NCBI RefSeq assembly: GCF_006345805.1 | Contig: NC_043001.1 | Span: 103,788,001-103,852,000, forward strand | Source: Octopus sinensis | Lineage: Eukaryota | DNA length: 64,000 nt | Reading direction: 5' to 3' | Program-made: the position numbers and the translations under genes | Notes under the pieces: model-generated | Seen by the model: only the letters and a program-made list of their open reading frames with translations | Told to the model about the DNA's origin: nothing | The model's database searches: none | Shown: positions 27,405 through 40,214 of the stretch, piece after piece | How positions within the stretch are numbered: the stretch's first letter is position 1 | How the letters are laid out: every line of letters begins with the position of its first letter

Positions 27405-27553
27405 TCGGAAAAATACCTTAGGAATGAGAACCCAGGTTCGAAATTTCCTCAAAACACCTGATGAAGGCTGAAGGGTATATCAGCCGAAACATTGTGTTAA
27501 CAACAAACAAGATGAGGACAAATATCCGTCAAATGTAAATAATGTAAATAATG
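27224..27553 (+). mobile_element. Composite SINE type D (27290-27553) with an inverted, internally deleted partner (27224-27287)
   Basis: GGGCATATGGCGTAGTGGTTAAG, B box GAGTTCGATTCC, (AAT)n, CTGATGA-AGGCTG/CAGCC-GAAAC. The upstream 64 bp are the reverse complement of head start joined to tail end. Confidence 0.85.
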
Positions 27554-27599
27554 CACTCTTTCACTTGTTCTGGTTCTGCTAGCTTTGGTCAGTATTCTG

Positions 27600-28130
27600 A
27601 TGTTGTTCTAGCGTTTAGTTTTGCTCGACAGTCGCATCATGTTTGTTCCGGACATGTCGGGTGGTCCTTCTGGATTTTCATTTATTATTGTTTTTTCTTC
27701 TAGTTATTTACTTCAATTTATTTATTTACTCTTTGCTTTTAAAATCCTGTTTCAATTTTTTCATTTCTTTTCTGCCTCAAGAATGTATCTTTCCGAATTG
27801 CCTGTTCTGCTGGCATTCAGCGTTACATTCAGATTCGAAGTATTTCTCTCCAATTTCATACAAGTATATTGCCGTAGTTTCGTATTTACCGTAAAGTATG
27901 GCTTTAAAACTGTACGAAGAATATGCATTTCAGCCTTTTCTATGTTTCATTTCATTTTCTGTAATTTCTGTTGCGAGGCTTCAGGAAACGAGCACAATCT
28001 TTGTTTTTATTGACAACTTTTGCCACAGCTATTGGTGCCTATGTGTTTCTGATGCGGTCAAAGTTTTGCCCATTATTCCACTTAGATTTATGTCTCAGGT
28101 TCGAAGTACACAAGCTGTTTTTTTAATCTT
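27600..28130 (-). mobile_element. Decayed RTE-like LINE fragment (post-RT region)
   Basis: Minus frame NTKLRQY...TLNASRTGNSE...AEKK..NRILKA resembles the TKLRHY...ERKILRKI motifs of RTE/RTEX-like LINEs. Confidence 0.4.
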
Positions 28131-28414
28131 GGACTGAGTGATATAGGTTCTTTTTTTAGTCTTTTTTTTTTGTGTGTGTGTGTGTGTGTGGTGGATTTCG
28201 AAATCGAATCGTTAGTAATATGAACTTATTTTGATAGCTTCTTTTTTGTACATGACAGCAGTCATCAGCTGCATCGAACGCTTGTAATAAATTACTAAAA
28301 GATCGAGAAATTCTATAAGTATTAATTACATAGCTGTCCTTCAATATTTCCGCAATTTTAAACGATGTATTCGTTGCAGTTTTAATCAGTGCCACTGGAT
28401 ATTTTTCGCATTAT

Positions 28415-28700
28415 AATCATTATTTATTTATTTCTTCATTATTATTATTATCATCATCATTAATATTATTATTATCATCATCATTAATATTATTATTATC
28501 ATCATCATTAATATTATTATTATCATCATCATTAATATTATTATTATCATCATCATTAATATTATTATTATCATCATCATTAATATTATTATTATCATCA
28601 TCATCGTTATCATTATTTATTATTATTATCATCATCATCATCATTATTATTATCATTATTATTATTATACCTATTATTATTATTATATCTATTATTATTA

Positions 28701-28793
<93 letters not shown>

Positions 28794-28801
28794 TATTATT
28801 A

Positions 28802-28835
<34 letters not shown>

Positions 28836-28850
28836 ATTGTTATTATTTAA
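28415..28850. repeat. (ATT)n/(ATC)n array including about 6 copies of the 24-bp unit AATATTATTATTATCATCATCATT
   Basis: Direct reading. Confidence 0.92.
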
Positions 28851-29162
28851 AGAGAAGCATCATCTTGATTTCAAGTAACAGATTGCTATAATATGGTAAT
28901 TAAAGATAAATTTAATAACTATGCCATTAGAATCACTAGAAATGGTCGCTCATAGACTGCACAAAATAATAGTTAATTAAAATATGAAGAACGTGGATAT
29001 TTACAATGGTTTTAGATCACAGAAAATCATAATTAAATGAAAAATGAAAATTCTGGATGTAAGCCGTGGCTTCAAACCACATAAGCGAAATTCTATGGAA
29101 TGTGAAATAAACAAATATAAACTATTTGACGCGTATCTGGCACTTCCAATAAAATAAATATT

Positions 29163-29395
29163 TTTCTTGTTTCAGTTATAAGACTGCGGCTATGCCGGGG
29201 TTCCGCCTTGAAGAATCTTAGTCGAACGAATCAACTCTAGTATATATTTATTTTTTAAAGCTTGGTTCTTATTCTATCTGTGCCTCTTGCGAACCGCTAG
29301 GTTACGGAGGCTTTAACACACCATCACCGGTTGTCTAGCGGTAACGAAGGAAAAAAACACAGACACAACCACACGCACACACACACGTAATATGT
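29163..29395 (-). mobile_element. SINE type A 3' half
   Basis: Reverse-complement match to the type A tail. Runs into a long microsatellite. Confidence 0.8.
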
Positions 29396-29399
29396 ATAT

Positions 29400-29445
29400 A
29401 TGTATATATAAGCACATATATTTGTGTGTGTCCTATATATATATT

Positions 29446-29507
<62 letters not shown>

Positions 29508-30257
29508 GATATATATACGTATATATAAATATACATATATATAAATATACATATATATACATATATATAAATATACATATACATATACATACATATACAT
29601 ACATATACATATACATACATATACATACATATACATACATATACATATATACATACATATACATATATACATATATATACATATATATATACATATATAC
29701 ACATATATATACATATATACACATATATATATACATATATACATATATACACATATATATATACATATATACATACATATACATATATACATACATACAT
29801 ATATACATACATATATACATACATATATACATATATACATACATATATACATACATATATACATACATATACATATATATATATACATACATATATACAT
29901 ACATATACATATATATACATACATATATACATACATACATATATTGATACATATATATACATATATATATATACATATATATACATATATATATACATAT
30001 ATATATATACAATTATATACATACATATTCATATATATACATATATATACATATACATGTATATACATATACATATATATATATATATATATATACATAT
30101 ATATACATACATATTCATATATATATACATATATATACATACATATTCATATATATACATATACATATATATACATATACATATATATACATACATATAC
30201 ATATATATACATACATATACATATACATATATATACATATATATATATACATATACT

Positions 30258-30290
<33 letters not shown>

Positions 30291-30306
30291 TGAAAGAGAG
30301 AGAGAT

Positions 30307-30346
<40 letters not shown>

Positions 30347-30412
30347 TAGATAGATAGATATACATATATATATATATACATATACATATATATAGATAGA
30401 AAGAGAGGGAGA

Positions 30413-30448
<36 letters not shown>

Positions 30449-30480
30449 AAGAGAGAGATTGAGTGAGAAAGAGAGGGAAA
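29400..30480. repeat. About 1.1-kb (TA)/(TACA)/(GATA)/(GA) microsatellite field
   Basis: Direct reading. Source of several spurious ORFs over 200 aa. Confidence 0.95.
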
Positions 30481-31221
30481 GAGATGTGAATGGATTTCTT
30501 TTTTCCAGCAGGCAAGTCATCCAACTGAGCTGTTTCAACCTTGTACCTATATCAATATGTGAATTAAGAGTAACAGAGCAGAAGGGGAAAAAAAGACGTG
30601 GATAACATTTTGAATCAACAACACAAACGATGAAAAGCTGAGTCATAATAACAATTATGAATCTGTCAATAATGTCACACTTTCCGAGATATTAAACCGA
30701 CGTCGCTGAAATGTGGATGGCTGTCACATGACAAGCTTCAGCGAACATATTGCATTTGCCAACAAGCAGGTTCCGACATTATGGTTCACTACTTATCGTA
30801 ATAAAACGTATAATGGACTGACAGACAGCAAAGCTACACACACACAAACACATACACACACACACACAAACGCGCGCACTTCTTCATAAATATGTACCAA
30901 TCACTATGCATATATATACGTAAGTGCATATGTATAAACATATGGATATATAAATGCATATATGTGTGTGTGGGTGTGCGTTTCTGTATGTATGTACGTG
31001 TATATAATATATATATATATATATATGGTATATATATACACGTACATATATATTATATAATATATATATTATTATATATATATATATATATATACACCTA
31101 CATACATATATATAATATATATATATATATAATATACAAATATATATATAATATATAAACATATATATATATATATATGTAGATATATATATATATGCAT
31201 AATTACATACAAATATATATG

Positions 31222-31253
<32 letters not shown>

Positions 31254-31280
31254 TGTATATATATATATATATATATATAT

Positions 31281-31685
31281 TCTTTTATTCTTTTACTTGT
31301 TACTCTCACTGACTGCGACCATGCAGGAGCTTCACGTTTAGTCGAACGAATCGGCCCCAGGACTTCTTCTTTGTTAGACTACTACTTATTCCGTCGGTTC
31401 TTTTGCCGAACCGTTAAGTTACGGGGGACGCAAACACACCAACATCGATTGTGTCAAGTGATGGTGGGAAGACAAACAGAGACACAAATACACACATACA
31501 TATATAAAGATATATTTATACGACGGGCTTCTTTCAGTTTCCGCCTACCAAATAGACTCACAAGGCTTTGGTTAGCCCGAGACTATAGCAGAATGCACTT
31601 AATTAAGTTGCCGCGCAGTGGGATTGAACCAGGAAACATGTGGTTGGAAAGCAAGCTTCTTACCGCACAGCCACTTTTACGCCTA
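31281..31685 (-). mobile_element. SINE type A, full length
   Basis: Collinear reverse complement of 41328-41735. Confidence 0.9.
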
Positions 31686-31799
31686 TAATATATATTTATA
31701 TATAATGCCTGTACACAATTTGTTAAATTCTTTCCTAAATGCTAGTACCATTCTACTCCCTAAAAATCTTAAATTTTTTCAAAAAATTCCTTATCTACG

Positions 31800-31861
<62 letters not shown>

Positions 31862-31884
31862 ACTAGATAGATAGATAGATGGAT

Positions 31885-31952
<68 letters not shown>

Positions 31953-32290
31953 GGACAGACAGACACATTGATAGGTAGACAGATAGAGACACAGAGAGAC
32001 AGACAGACTGGCTGGCAGGCAGGCAGACAGACAGACAGGTAGATAGAGTTAATAAGATTTAGGTGAACACCTCGTAGAATGCTTTGCAAAGCTCGTCCAC
32101 CGTTATTATTTCACCAATGTGCTACAGGTGTAAAAAGGTGCCGAACCAATTGTAGTGATTTAGACCGTCGTTCATTCCATTTTCTATCATCTGCGCCTAC
32201 ATATATACATACATATGTGTGTGTGTGTGTGTGTGAGTATAGTATATATGTGCGCCTTTGTATACATGTACATATATATATACATGTACA

Positions 32291-32332
<42 letters not shown>

Positions 32333-32665
32333 CATATATATAATATATATATGTATACATATATATATATACATATATATATACATATATATATATATAT
32401 ACATATATACATATACATATATGTATATCTTTTCTATATATTTCTCTGTTTCACTGTCGCCTTGAGACGATCTTCCGGATTGCTTCGAGTTCCGTCGTTA
32501 ATCTTACACTGCGTGGTGATCATAATTGGGATGTATAACCTAACTGGCTGAGGACAAAGTCCTGCAGAGGGCCATAATAATTTCCTGTTCTTTCGTTCCG
32601 AAAATCATAAGGATTCATCCAACCGTCTTCATTTTATTGCCAACTTAGCAATATTCACCGTGAAA

Positions 32666-33063
32666 ATGGCGGCGAGCTGGCAGAATCGTTAGCATGCCGG
32701 GCGAAGTGCTTAGCGGTATTTGTCTGCCGTTACGTTGTGAATTCAAATTCCGCCGAGAACGACTTTGCCTTTCATCCTTTCGGGGTCGATAAATTAAGTA
32801 CCAGTTACGCACTGGGATCGATATTAATCGACTTAATACCTATGTCTGTCCTTGTTTGTCCCCTCTATGTTTAGCGCCTTGTGGGTAATAAAGAAATAGG
32901 TATTTGTCTGCCGTTACGTTCTGAGTTCAAATTGCCTTTCATCCTTTAGGGGTCGAATAAACAGGTACCAGTTACGTACTGGTGTCGATGTAATCAACTT
33001 AATCCCTTTGTCTGTCCTTGTTTGTACCCTCTATGTTTAGCCCCTTGTGGGCAATAACGAAAT
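32666..33063 (+). mobile_element. SINE type B with an L1/Tx1-like 3' tail, followed by a 5'-truncated tandem second copy
   Basis: A box TGGCAGAATCG, B box GAATTCAAATTCC, tail tttgtcccctctatgtttagcgccttgtgggtaataaagaaat. The second copy starts at ggtatttgtctgccg (about 32898). Confidence 0.9.
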
Positions 33064-33840
33064 AAATATCCACCGGTAAATACGTATCATTAATCATGTC
33101 AATACCCAGGTCATGTACTGATTTTTGTTCAGGGATTGCAATCCGTCTTGAGCCAGTCTACCTTGTCCGCATTTCATTCAGTTTACTATTTCTTGATAAT
33201 TTCGTGAGTGTGCCTGTATGAAATTATATTATCACTAACACGCATGAGTATGCTTTTGAGAGCAAATCAATGCACTGGTACGTCAACAGAGAAAATCGTA
33301 TGCTACATCACTCACACACACACACATACACGTATACAAATGCAGATTACAAATGCAGACTTCTATCTCGTGCCCGCTTACAGCTAAAGAGCATGCAAAG
33401 TTCTGCTAATCTATAGAGACGTGTTGTTAATCTGACAGGCAAATATTTCAAATAAGCTGATGCCAAAATCTCAGAAGTGCATCAGGAATCCTTCGTAATT
33501 GAATGGTTCCAGGGAATTTTATAAATGATGTCACAGCAGTTTTTGATGTTGTTGTTGTTGCTGTTGTAACTGTTGGCGTTGTTTTTGGTGCTTTTAATCG
33601 AAAACCAACGCTGATCAACCAGGACTGTGCTTGAACGTTGCAGCTGTAACAATCCCAATGAGATCTCACGGACAGCGGGAATATGCATGGTGACGTATGA
33701 ATATATGTGTGTACGTGTGTATGTGTGTGTGTGTGTGTGTGTCTATGTATTTATCTTTGTCTATAAACACACATACACATTTATATACTTATAGAATAAT
33801 AATAATGAGGAGGAGGATAATAATAATAATAATAATAATA

Positions 33841-33900
<60 letters not shown>

Positions 33901-33922
33901 TAATAATAGTAGTAATAATAAT

Positions 33923-35163
33923 TGTTTACTGCATACTGCCACTAACGAACGTTTTAAGAAAGATGCGCGTGGGATACGTGCTGGGCAGGGTGAAAGTAAA
34001 CAACTTGTGGTTTATGGATGGACTAAAGCTTTTTGCTAAGTCTGAGAAAGCAGTCGAGAGTTTGACGGTAACTGTGCAGAGGATTAGCAAAGATATTGGA
34101 ATGGAACTTGGGATCGAGAAAAGTGGTGTAATGATTCTCAAAAGGTGAGAAATTAGTAACCTATGGAACAAGCTAGAAAGTGATGAAACTATAAAGGAAG
34201 TCGGAGAGGAAGAATATAAATAACTGGGTATCATCGAAAGAGATAAGATGAATGAATACAAGATGAAAGAAATGTACAGGAAAGAGTATTTGATGAGAAC
34301 TCGACTTCTGCTCCAATTGAAGCTACATGGCCGCTATAAAATTAGAGCAATTAACACGTGGGCGTTTGCTTTGATGAGATATGGAGCAGGAATAGCATCT
34401 TGGAAGAAACATGAATGACAAGATATAGACTGGAGAACAGGTAAATTAATGACAATGAACAAGGAACTACACCCCAAGAGTGATGTGTCAAAATTGTATG
34501 TAAAGAGGAAAGAAGGAGGACGGGGACTGGTGTGTAGTGAAGGTTGTGTAAGGGAAGAGGAGAATAGCTTGGCTTGGTATGACAAGGGGAGTAAAGAAGA
34601 AATGATTGAAGCAGTGAAAATGCAGGGAACCTTAAAAGTGAACGAAGCCGTAGATCCAACACGATTTTAAAGAGACCAGAGAGAGCAGATGAATTTGGCA
34701 GGACAAGAAAATGCACAGTCAGCCCTTGAATAATAAAGTTGAGATTGATTGGAATAGAACCTGGCAATGGTTGCAGAGAGGAGACTTAAAAGGGTCTACT
34801 GGAGGCTTTAGTGTGCAGCGCTAAAGAACTAATCCTCAGAACAAGCTATTCCAAATATCCCATTGATAAAAGCACTGACTCGCCACAGTCTAGGATGTGC
34901 TCTGTGAAGGGAGAAAGTATAAGCCATATTGTTAGTGAGTGCTGTAAGCTCGCACAACGCGAAGAGAAAAGAAGACACGACAATGTGGCCAGATATGTCC
35001 ACCGGCTGTTGTGCAGTTAAGCAAAGCTCGTGAGAGCCGAACGATGGTATGAACACAAGCCAGAGGGAGGAATGGAAAGTGAACATTACAAAATACTCTT
35101 GGATGTTATCATGCACTGCGGCCTAGTGATAGAGGCGAGACGGCCAGATATCGTGATCATCCA
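33923..35163 (+). mobile_element. R4/Dong-clade non-LTR retrotransposon fragment (RT domains 5-7, CCHC knuckle, start of restriction-like endonuclease), decayed
   Basis: ILPLTNVLRKMRVGY..KVNNLWFMDGLKLF (degenerate LFMDDLKLF); RMCSVKGESISHIVSECCKLAQREEKRRHDNVA; WYEHKPEG..YKILLD..IEARRPDIV. Preceded by (TAA)n. Confidence 0.9.
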
Positions 35164-35164
35164 T

Positions 35165-35900
35165 AAATATTTTTTTCCCTCGGACTTCCTTTTGTCCTGG
35201 ACTTTCCTCTGTTTCTGAAGAAGAGCGTTGCTCGAAATGTTAAAGCATCTTTCTTTCCTTCATAAAAATTTTTTTATACTTTCAAAGAACTACTACCCAA
35301 TCCAGTGAGGTTGTTGCTTTAGTCCCTCTACCTCGCCCTCCTCTTTCTCTCTCTTTCTCTCTCTATTTCCCTCCTTCTATAGTAAGCATAATCAAACACA
35401 CAGACACAAACCTCTCATCTCACCACTGTCTGTTTTCTGACATCTACCCATCCACATACACAATCACGCATACACATACATACACACACACATTAATGCA
35501 GTTATATACAGTCACACACAGAGGCACTCATTCACAAAAGAAATTAACAAAATCCACCATTCATATGACCTGCACCCTTTCACCTTCCTATGCTTTTGCC
35601 TCTCTCCTCCAACTTCGTTTGAACCCTTGAACCTTTAGAACCTTCTAGATTCTTCTACTTTCAACCACTTTGACGTCACTCCTTATAAAGGAATATTTTA
35701 AAGAGACACTCATTACCGCTATGGGCTCCGTGTGAGCAATCATCTAAAATTTTTTTATGCATTTTGATGTTGACATAAGTTCCTTGCTTTTCCTGATGAG
35801 AAAGCGGCATAATGTACTCCTTATTCCTTCGCAATTAGGAATATGCAGCCTTCGAAACATATGTCGAAAATAAAGGAATTATGTTAATTCGTCGTTCAGC
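35165..35900 (+). mobile_element. Penelope-like element terminal/3' region(s)
   Basis: CTGAAGA-AGAGC/GCTC-GAAA motif at about 35215 shared with 51495-51875, CT/CA-rich spacer, intact hammerhead at 35778-35880. No ORF seen. Confidence 0.55.
35778..35880 (+). ncRNA. Minimal type-I hammerhead ribozyme (Penelope-type)
   Basis: Helix I CCTTGCTTTTC/GAAAATAAAGG; core CTGATGA (35793-35799); helix II GAAAGCGGCAT/ATGCAGCCTTC; GAAA (35854-35857); helix III C-ATAT-G with palindromic loop; GTC cleavage triplet ending at 35865. Confidence 0.8.
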
Positions 35901-36072
35901 TCCATTCTTTCATATATTTATATTTTTAAAATAAACATACAAATTTCCACACGAAAGCACGCAATCTATGTCCTAGGCACGTAACTTCAACCGTGTTTTT
36001 TCTGATGTGAATTTGCTACCCAGGTATCGGTTAATTCGAATTATCCTTAATAAGATAATTCATTCAACTACT

Positions 36073-36140
<68 letters not shown>

Positions 36141-36341
36141 CTGGAGAAGGGGTTTTTTCCTTGTGTTATTTGTCCTGTACTCTATTTTTTGTTGTTTAAG
36201 AAAAAATGTCCAGTTCCTTGGTTTGTGTCTGTTTTCGTTTCTCATGTGTTCGAGGCTTTTTTTTGTGTCCTGTATACTCATATATGCGTGTAGGTACGTA
36301 CATATATGTATATATATATATGCATATGTTTTATTTATTAA

Positions 36342-36402
<61 letters not shown>

Positions 36403-36659
36403 TGTATGTACATATATATATAACATACATACATATATAAGCACACACACACACACATATATGTACTTACATACATATTATATATGAATACACACACACA
36501 CACATATGTACGTACATACATATATATAAAGACACACATATATATGCTCACATTTATTTGTATGATTTATACGCATACAGATATGTATAAGTATACATAC
36601 GAATGTATATATACCTTTATGTATATTATATACACACACATACACACACACACGCACAT

Positions 36660-36691
<32 letters not shown>

Positions 36692-36993
36692 TAATAAGAA
36701 GAATTTTTGGGTGTAAATTCCAAAATCCTTTAATGCATTTTTGCGAACGCTTCTACAAACTCCATGTTTTAGTTGTCTTCCTTTTCCATGGGATATTACA
36801 ACTATGATTTGCAAAATCCATGGATTTTAAGGCGCATATTTCCTTTAGGCAACATGATTTCTGCTGGATTCCCGATGAAGCAGGAATGAATAATACAGCT
36901 ATGAATAATGCAGTCGATTCTGTCCATTAATTTGTATTCGTTGGTTACTCAGGAGTTGTGTATATAGTTATTTAGTTTTGTAATGTTTGCTGA

Positions 36994-37440
36994 GGATCCC
37001 ATATTAGACACAGGAGTCCAGGTTAGACAGAAGAGTCCAGGTTAGACACAGGAGTCCACAGGTTAGACACAGGAGTCCAGGTTAGACACAGGAGTCCACA
37101 GGCTAGACACAGGAGTCCAGGTTAGACACGGGATCCCATGTTAGACACAGGAGTCCAGGTTAGACACAGGAGTCCAGGTTAGACACGAGATCCCATGTTA
37201 GACACAGGAGTCCAGGTTAGAAACAGGAGTCCAGGTTAGACACAGGAGTCCAGGTTAGACACAGGAGTCCATGTTAGACACAGGAGTCCAGGTTAGACAC
37301 GGGATCCCATGTTAGACACAGGAGTCCAGGTTAGACACAGGATTCCAGGTTAGACACAGGAGTCCAGGTTAGACACAGGTGTCCAGGTTAGACACAGGAG
37401 TTCAGGTTAAACACAGGTGTCCAGGTTAGACACAGGTGCA
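36994..37440. repeat. 19-bp minisatellite GGTTAGACACAGGAGTCCA (about 23 units) with GGGATCCCAT variant units
   Basis: Direct reading. Confidence 0.95.
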
Positions 37441-39312
37441 TAGGTTTGTGAGGCTTAAGTAATTGCTATGAATTGGAAATGTATTACCAGTGAAAGAAGG
37501 GGTGTTTTCATAGCATATAATTTGTTATTCACTTAGGTCGTTTTATTTATCAAAATGCTGAGATATCCATTGCAAAAGTTTTCCCACGTTGATCCGTGTG
37601 TTTATCATTCACTTCCGTAATTGGGAATTAGAATGAAGTGGAATTCCTTCTGAAGAAGAGTTTCGACAGATGAGTGATATTTCTTAGGAATAATCTAGAA
37701 AATTACAGCAAATCTTTGTTATACACGAAAGATATGTGACATTGATTTGACAGAGATGAAAGTAGTAAGGGAAATAGCAGTGAATGGAGGTTAAAGGTTT
37801 ATGAAGATGTCTCTTGTTGCAGTAAATTTTGCAGAAAGGAAGAATCTGAATTTGGAACGTGGATAGGCCTCAAGTGAATATTATTTCCGTTGTAATCTGA
37901 ACACCACAAAGTGTTGCGGTAAAGGAAACAGCTCTGGCAGACAGTGATGGGTTGCGGTAACAATACATTGGGAATATTACACGGGTCAAATGCTACACTG
38001 CTTTCGTCCGCAGCTGAAGCAGAGAGAGAAACGTGTTGGTTCACGAAGTCATAATCGATCAGTAGTTATACAGCAGTGGAATAAATTCTTGATTAAAGCA
38101 GACGCATTTAGTACTTTAATACGCAGCATAAAAACTGCTTCAAAATATAGAAAATGACATTTGCAGGTGTTCGCAGAGTGTTTACACTTAAATGCACGGC
38201 TCTAATGTCAGAGACTTAAAAACAATGGCACTGCTATATCGTTCCCAGAAGCTGTATTACTTCCATTTCACATATTACTACATTTAGTAGCTTGCATTAT
38301 GTTTAAATGTCGCTTTCCTTTCAATATGCCTCTTTTTGCTAGATGATGATGATGATGATAATGACGATGATGGTGGTGGTGGTGGTGGTGGCGGCGGCGG
38401 TGGTGGTGGTGGTGGTGGTGGTGGTGGTGGTGGCGATGATGTTATCGCTGAAGACATTGATGCCGTTGTCTTTTGTGTGTGTGTTTTTTTTTTAGCTCTT
38501 AGGGAAGAATCTTCTAAATATTGAAAAGTCTTTATCAATTTACTTGTAAGACTGTTTTGCCATTTTTCGAAGATATACAACATGGAAAATAATCTTTTTG
38601 GTGTATTTTATATTTCGCATTCTTGTTTATTGAATAATAAATAGTATTTTGTTTTCATATGAATAAGAGGTGAAGCATATAAAAATTACATCGGCAGCTT
38701 ACACTTCAAATATAGACACTTTTTTAATCTTTGCATAAATCAACGCATAAATTCGGATGGATGTATTTTAATGTAAGAATATGAAAAGAGTAGGCTAGGA
38801 GAAAAAAAGTTTCCATGATTTCGTTTTTCAATTATTACAGTAACACATTGAATATTTTATGAAAACGAGGATTTTTTCTGTCTACTTTCGTTTTTCATAT
38901 AAAGTATTTGATTACTAAAGGAATGTTTTAAATGGTCGACAAAATATGCCTTTCAGAAATTTCATGGATCACGTGTTGTAATGACTAGTTTTGTGAGAAA
39001 TGGTAAAACATCTAAATGGGATCTAACAAGACATTAAATGGAGTTGAACATGAGGTTGCTATTACAAGAATAAACTCGAAAGACAACAACACATAATATA
39101 GAGAAATGTTGTAACTGCTGAAGTTATTGAATGAGACCCAATAAAGCTTCAAAATTTGCTGCGATATTTGAGTCTTTCTGCTTGTTTAACACTGGCAATG
39201 GTATCGGAATTAGCTACGACAATATCCCCATTTACTAGTCATTCTCAACTGGTTTTTGCTTGTGGACCTCATAGCTATTCGATCATTACTTTTTAAATCC
39301 TACAATATCTCC

Positions 39313-39548
39313 TTAAATACACAAAAACCGTTAGATTCACTTCAACATTTAAATTTAATTTGCCAAAATAGTTTCGTCGCTTTGAGACTGCGACTTGTTC
39401 ACTGACAAAAATTCCGTGTGCAATACACTTAGATTGCAGCACAGAATTTTGTCAGTGAACAGGTCGTGGTCCCAAAGCGACAAAACTATTTTGGCAAATT
39501 AAATTTAAATGTTGAAGTGAATCTAACGGTTTTTTGTATGTTTTTAAA
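39313..39548. repeat. Near-perfect palindrome of about 235 bp (arms over 100 bp, 8-nt loop)
   Basis: aaaaaccgttagattcacttcaacatttaaatttaatttgccaaaatagttt...tgcaat pairs with attgca...aaactattttggcaaattaaatttaaatgttgaagtgaatctaacggttttt. Confidence 0.92.
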
Positions 39549-40214
39549 TGACTTATAAACACCTTCCACGATGCAATTGTTTCCGTTCCAGCACACGATC
39601 TCAGATCGGGTCCCTTGCTATGCAAGTACATCTCCGTAATTAAACATAAATTGAAATTATATTTTTTTTAAATTGTTCAAATATCTTGTACATTGTAGAA
39701 GCTATGCCAATTTATTAAACTCATTTTAACAACAAAATTTTCAATATGACCCCGAGGATCGTATAGATCCTGGTTCATATCACTGCTATATATTGTTATG
39801 TCTACTTATACATTCGACCATAATGTATCCTAAAATCCTAGTTAGACATTATTGCTGTTTCTCACAAAGCTACACTTTTCAACACATTACCCAGGAAATG
39901 TTTAAATGCTTATTTTTCTCGAGCTTTTAAATAAATTCCTTTGCAATTCAAATACTTTTATATGAAAAAAAGAAAATTAAAAAAGAACTTCGATTTCATA
40001 AAATATTCAATATGTTATCGCAATAATTGAAAAAGAAAAGAATTACAAAAGATATTTTTCCAAAATATTCTTTTCATTTTCTACCATTAAAATACATCCA
40101 TTTGATTTACGCGTTGATTTATCTAAAAATTAAAAGCGAGAATAAATTTGAAGTGTAACCGAAATGATTCACTGAAACTGTAATTTGACGGCTGCTACTT
40201 TTGTAAATTGAATG

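Noticed and set aside
35195-35260. Second hammerhead at CTGAAGA-AGAGC/GCTC-GAAA
   Set aside because: Helix I cannot pair with the sequence after any UH site, so it is kept only as a PLE-like motif.
36994-37440. CRISPR-like or telomeric array
   Set aside because: Units are contiguous with no unique spacers, the context is eukaryotic, and the unit is not (TTAGGG)n.
38336-38524. Poly-Gly/poly-Pro ORFs (also 15420-15783 and 59660-59710)
   Set aside because: (GGT)n microsatellites with no flanking splice or coding evidence.
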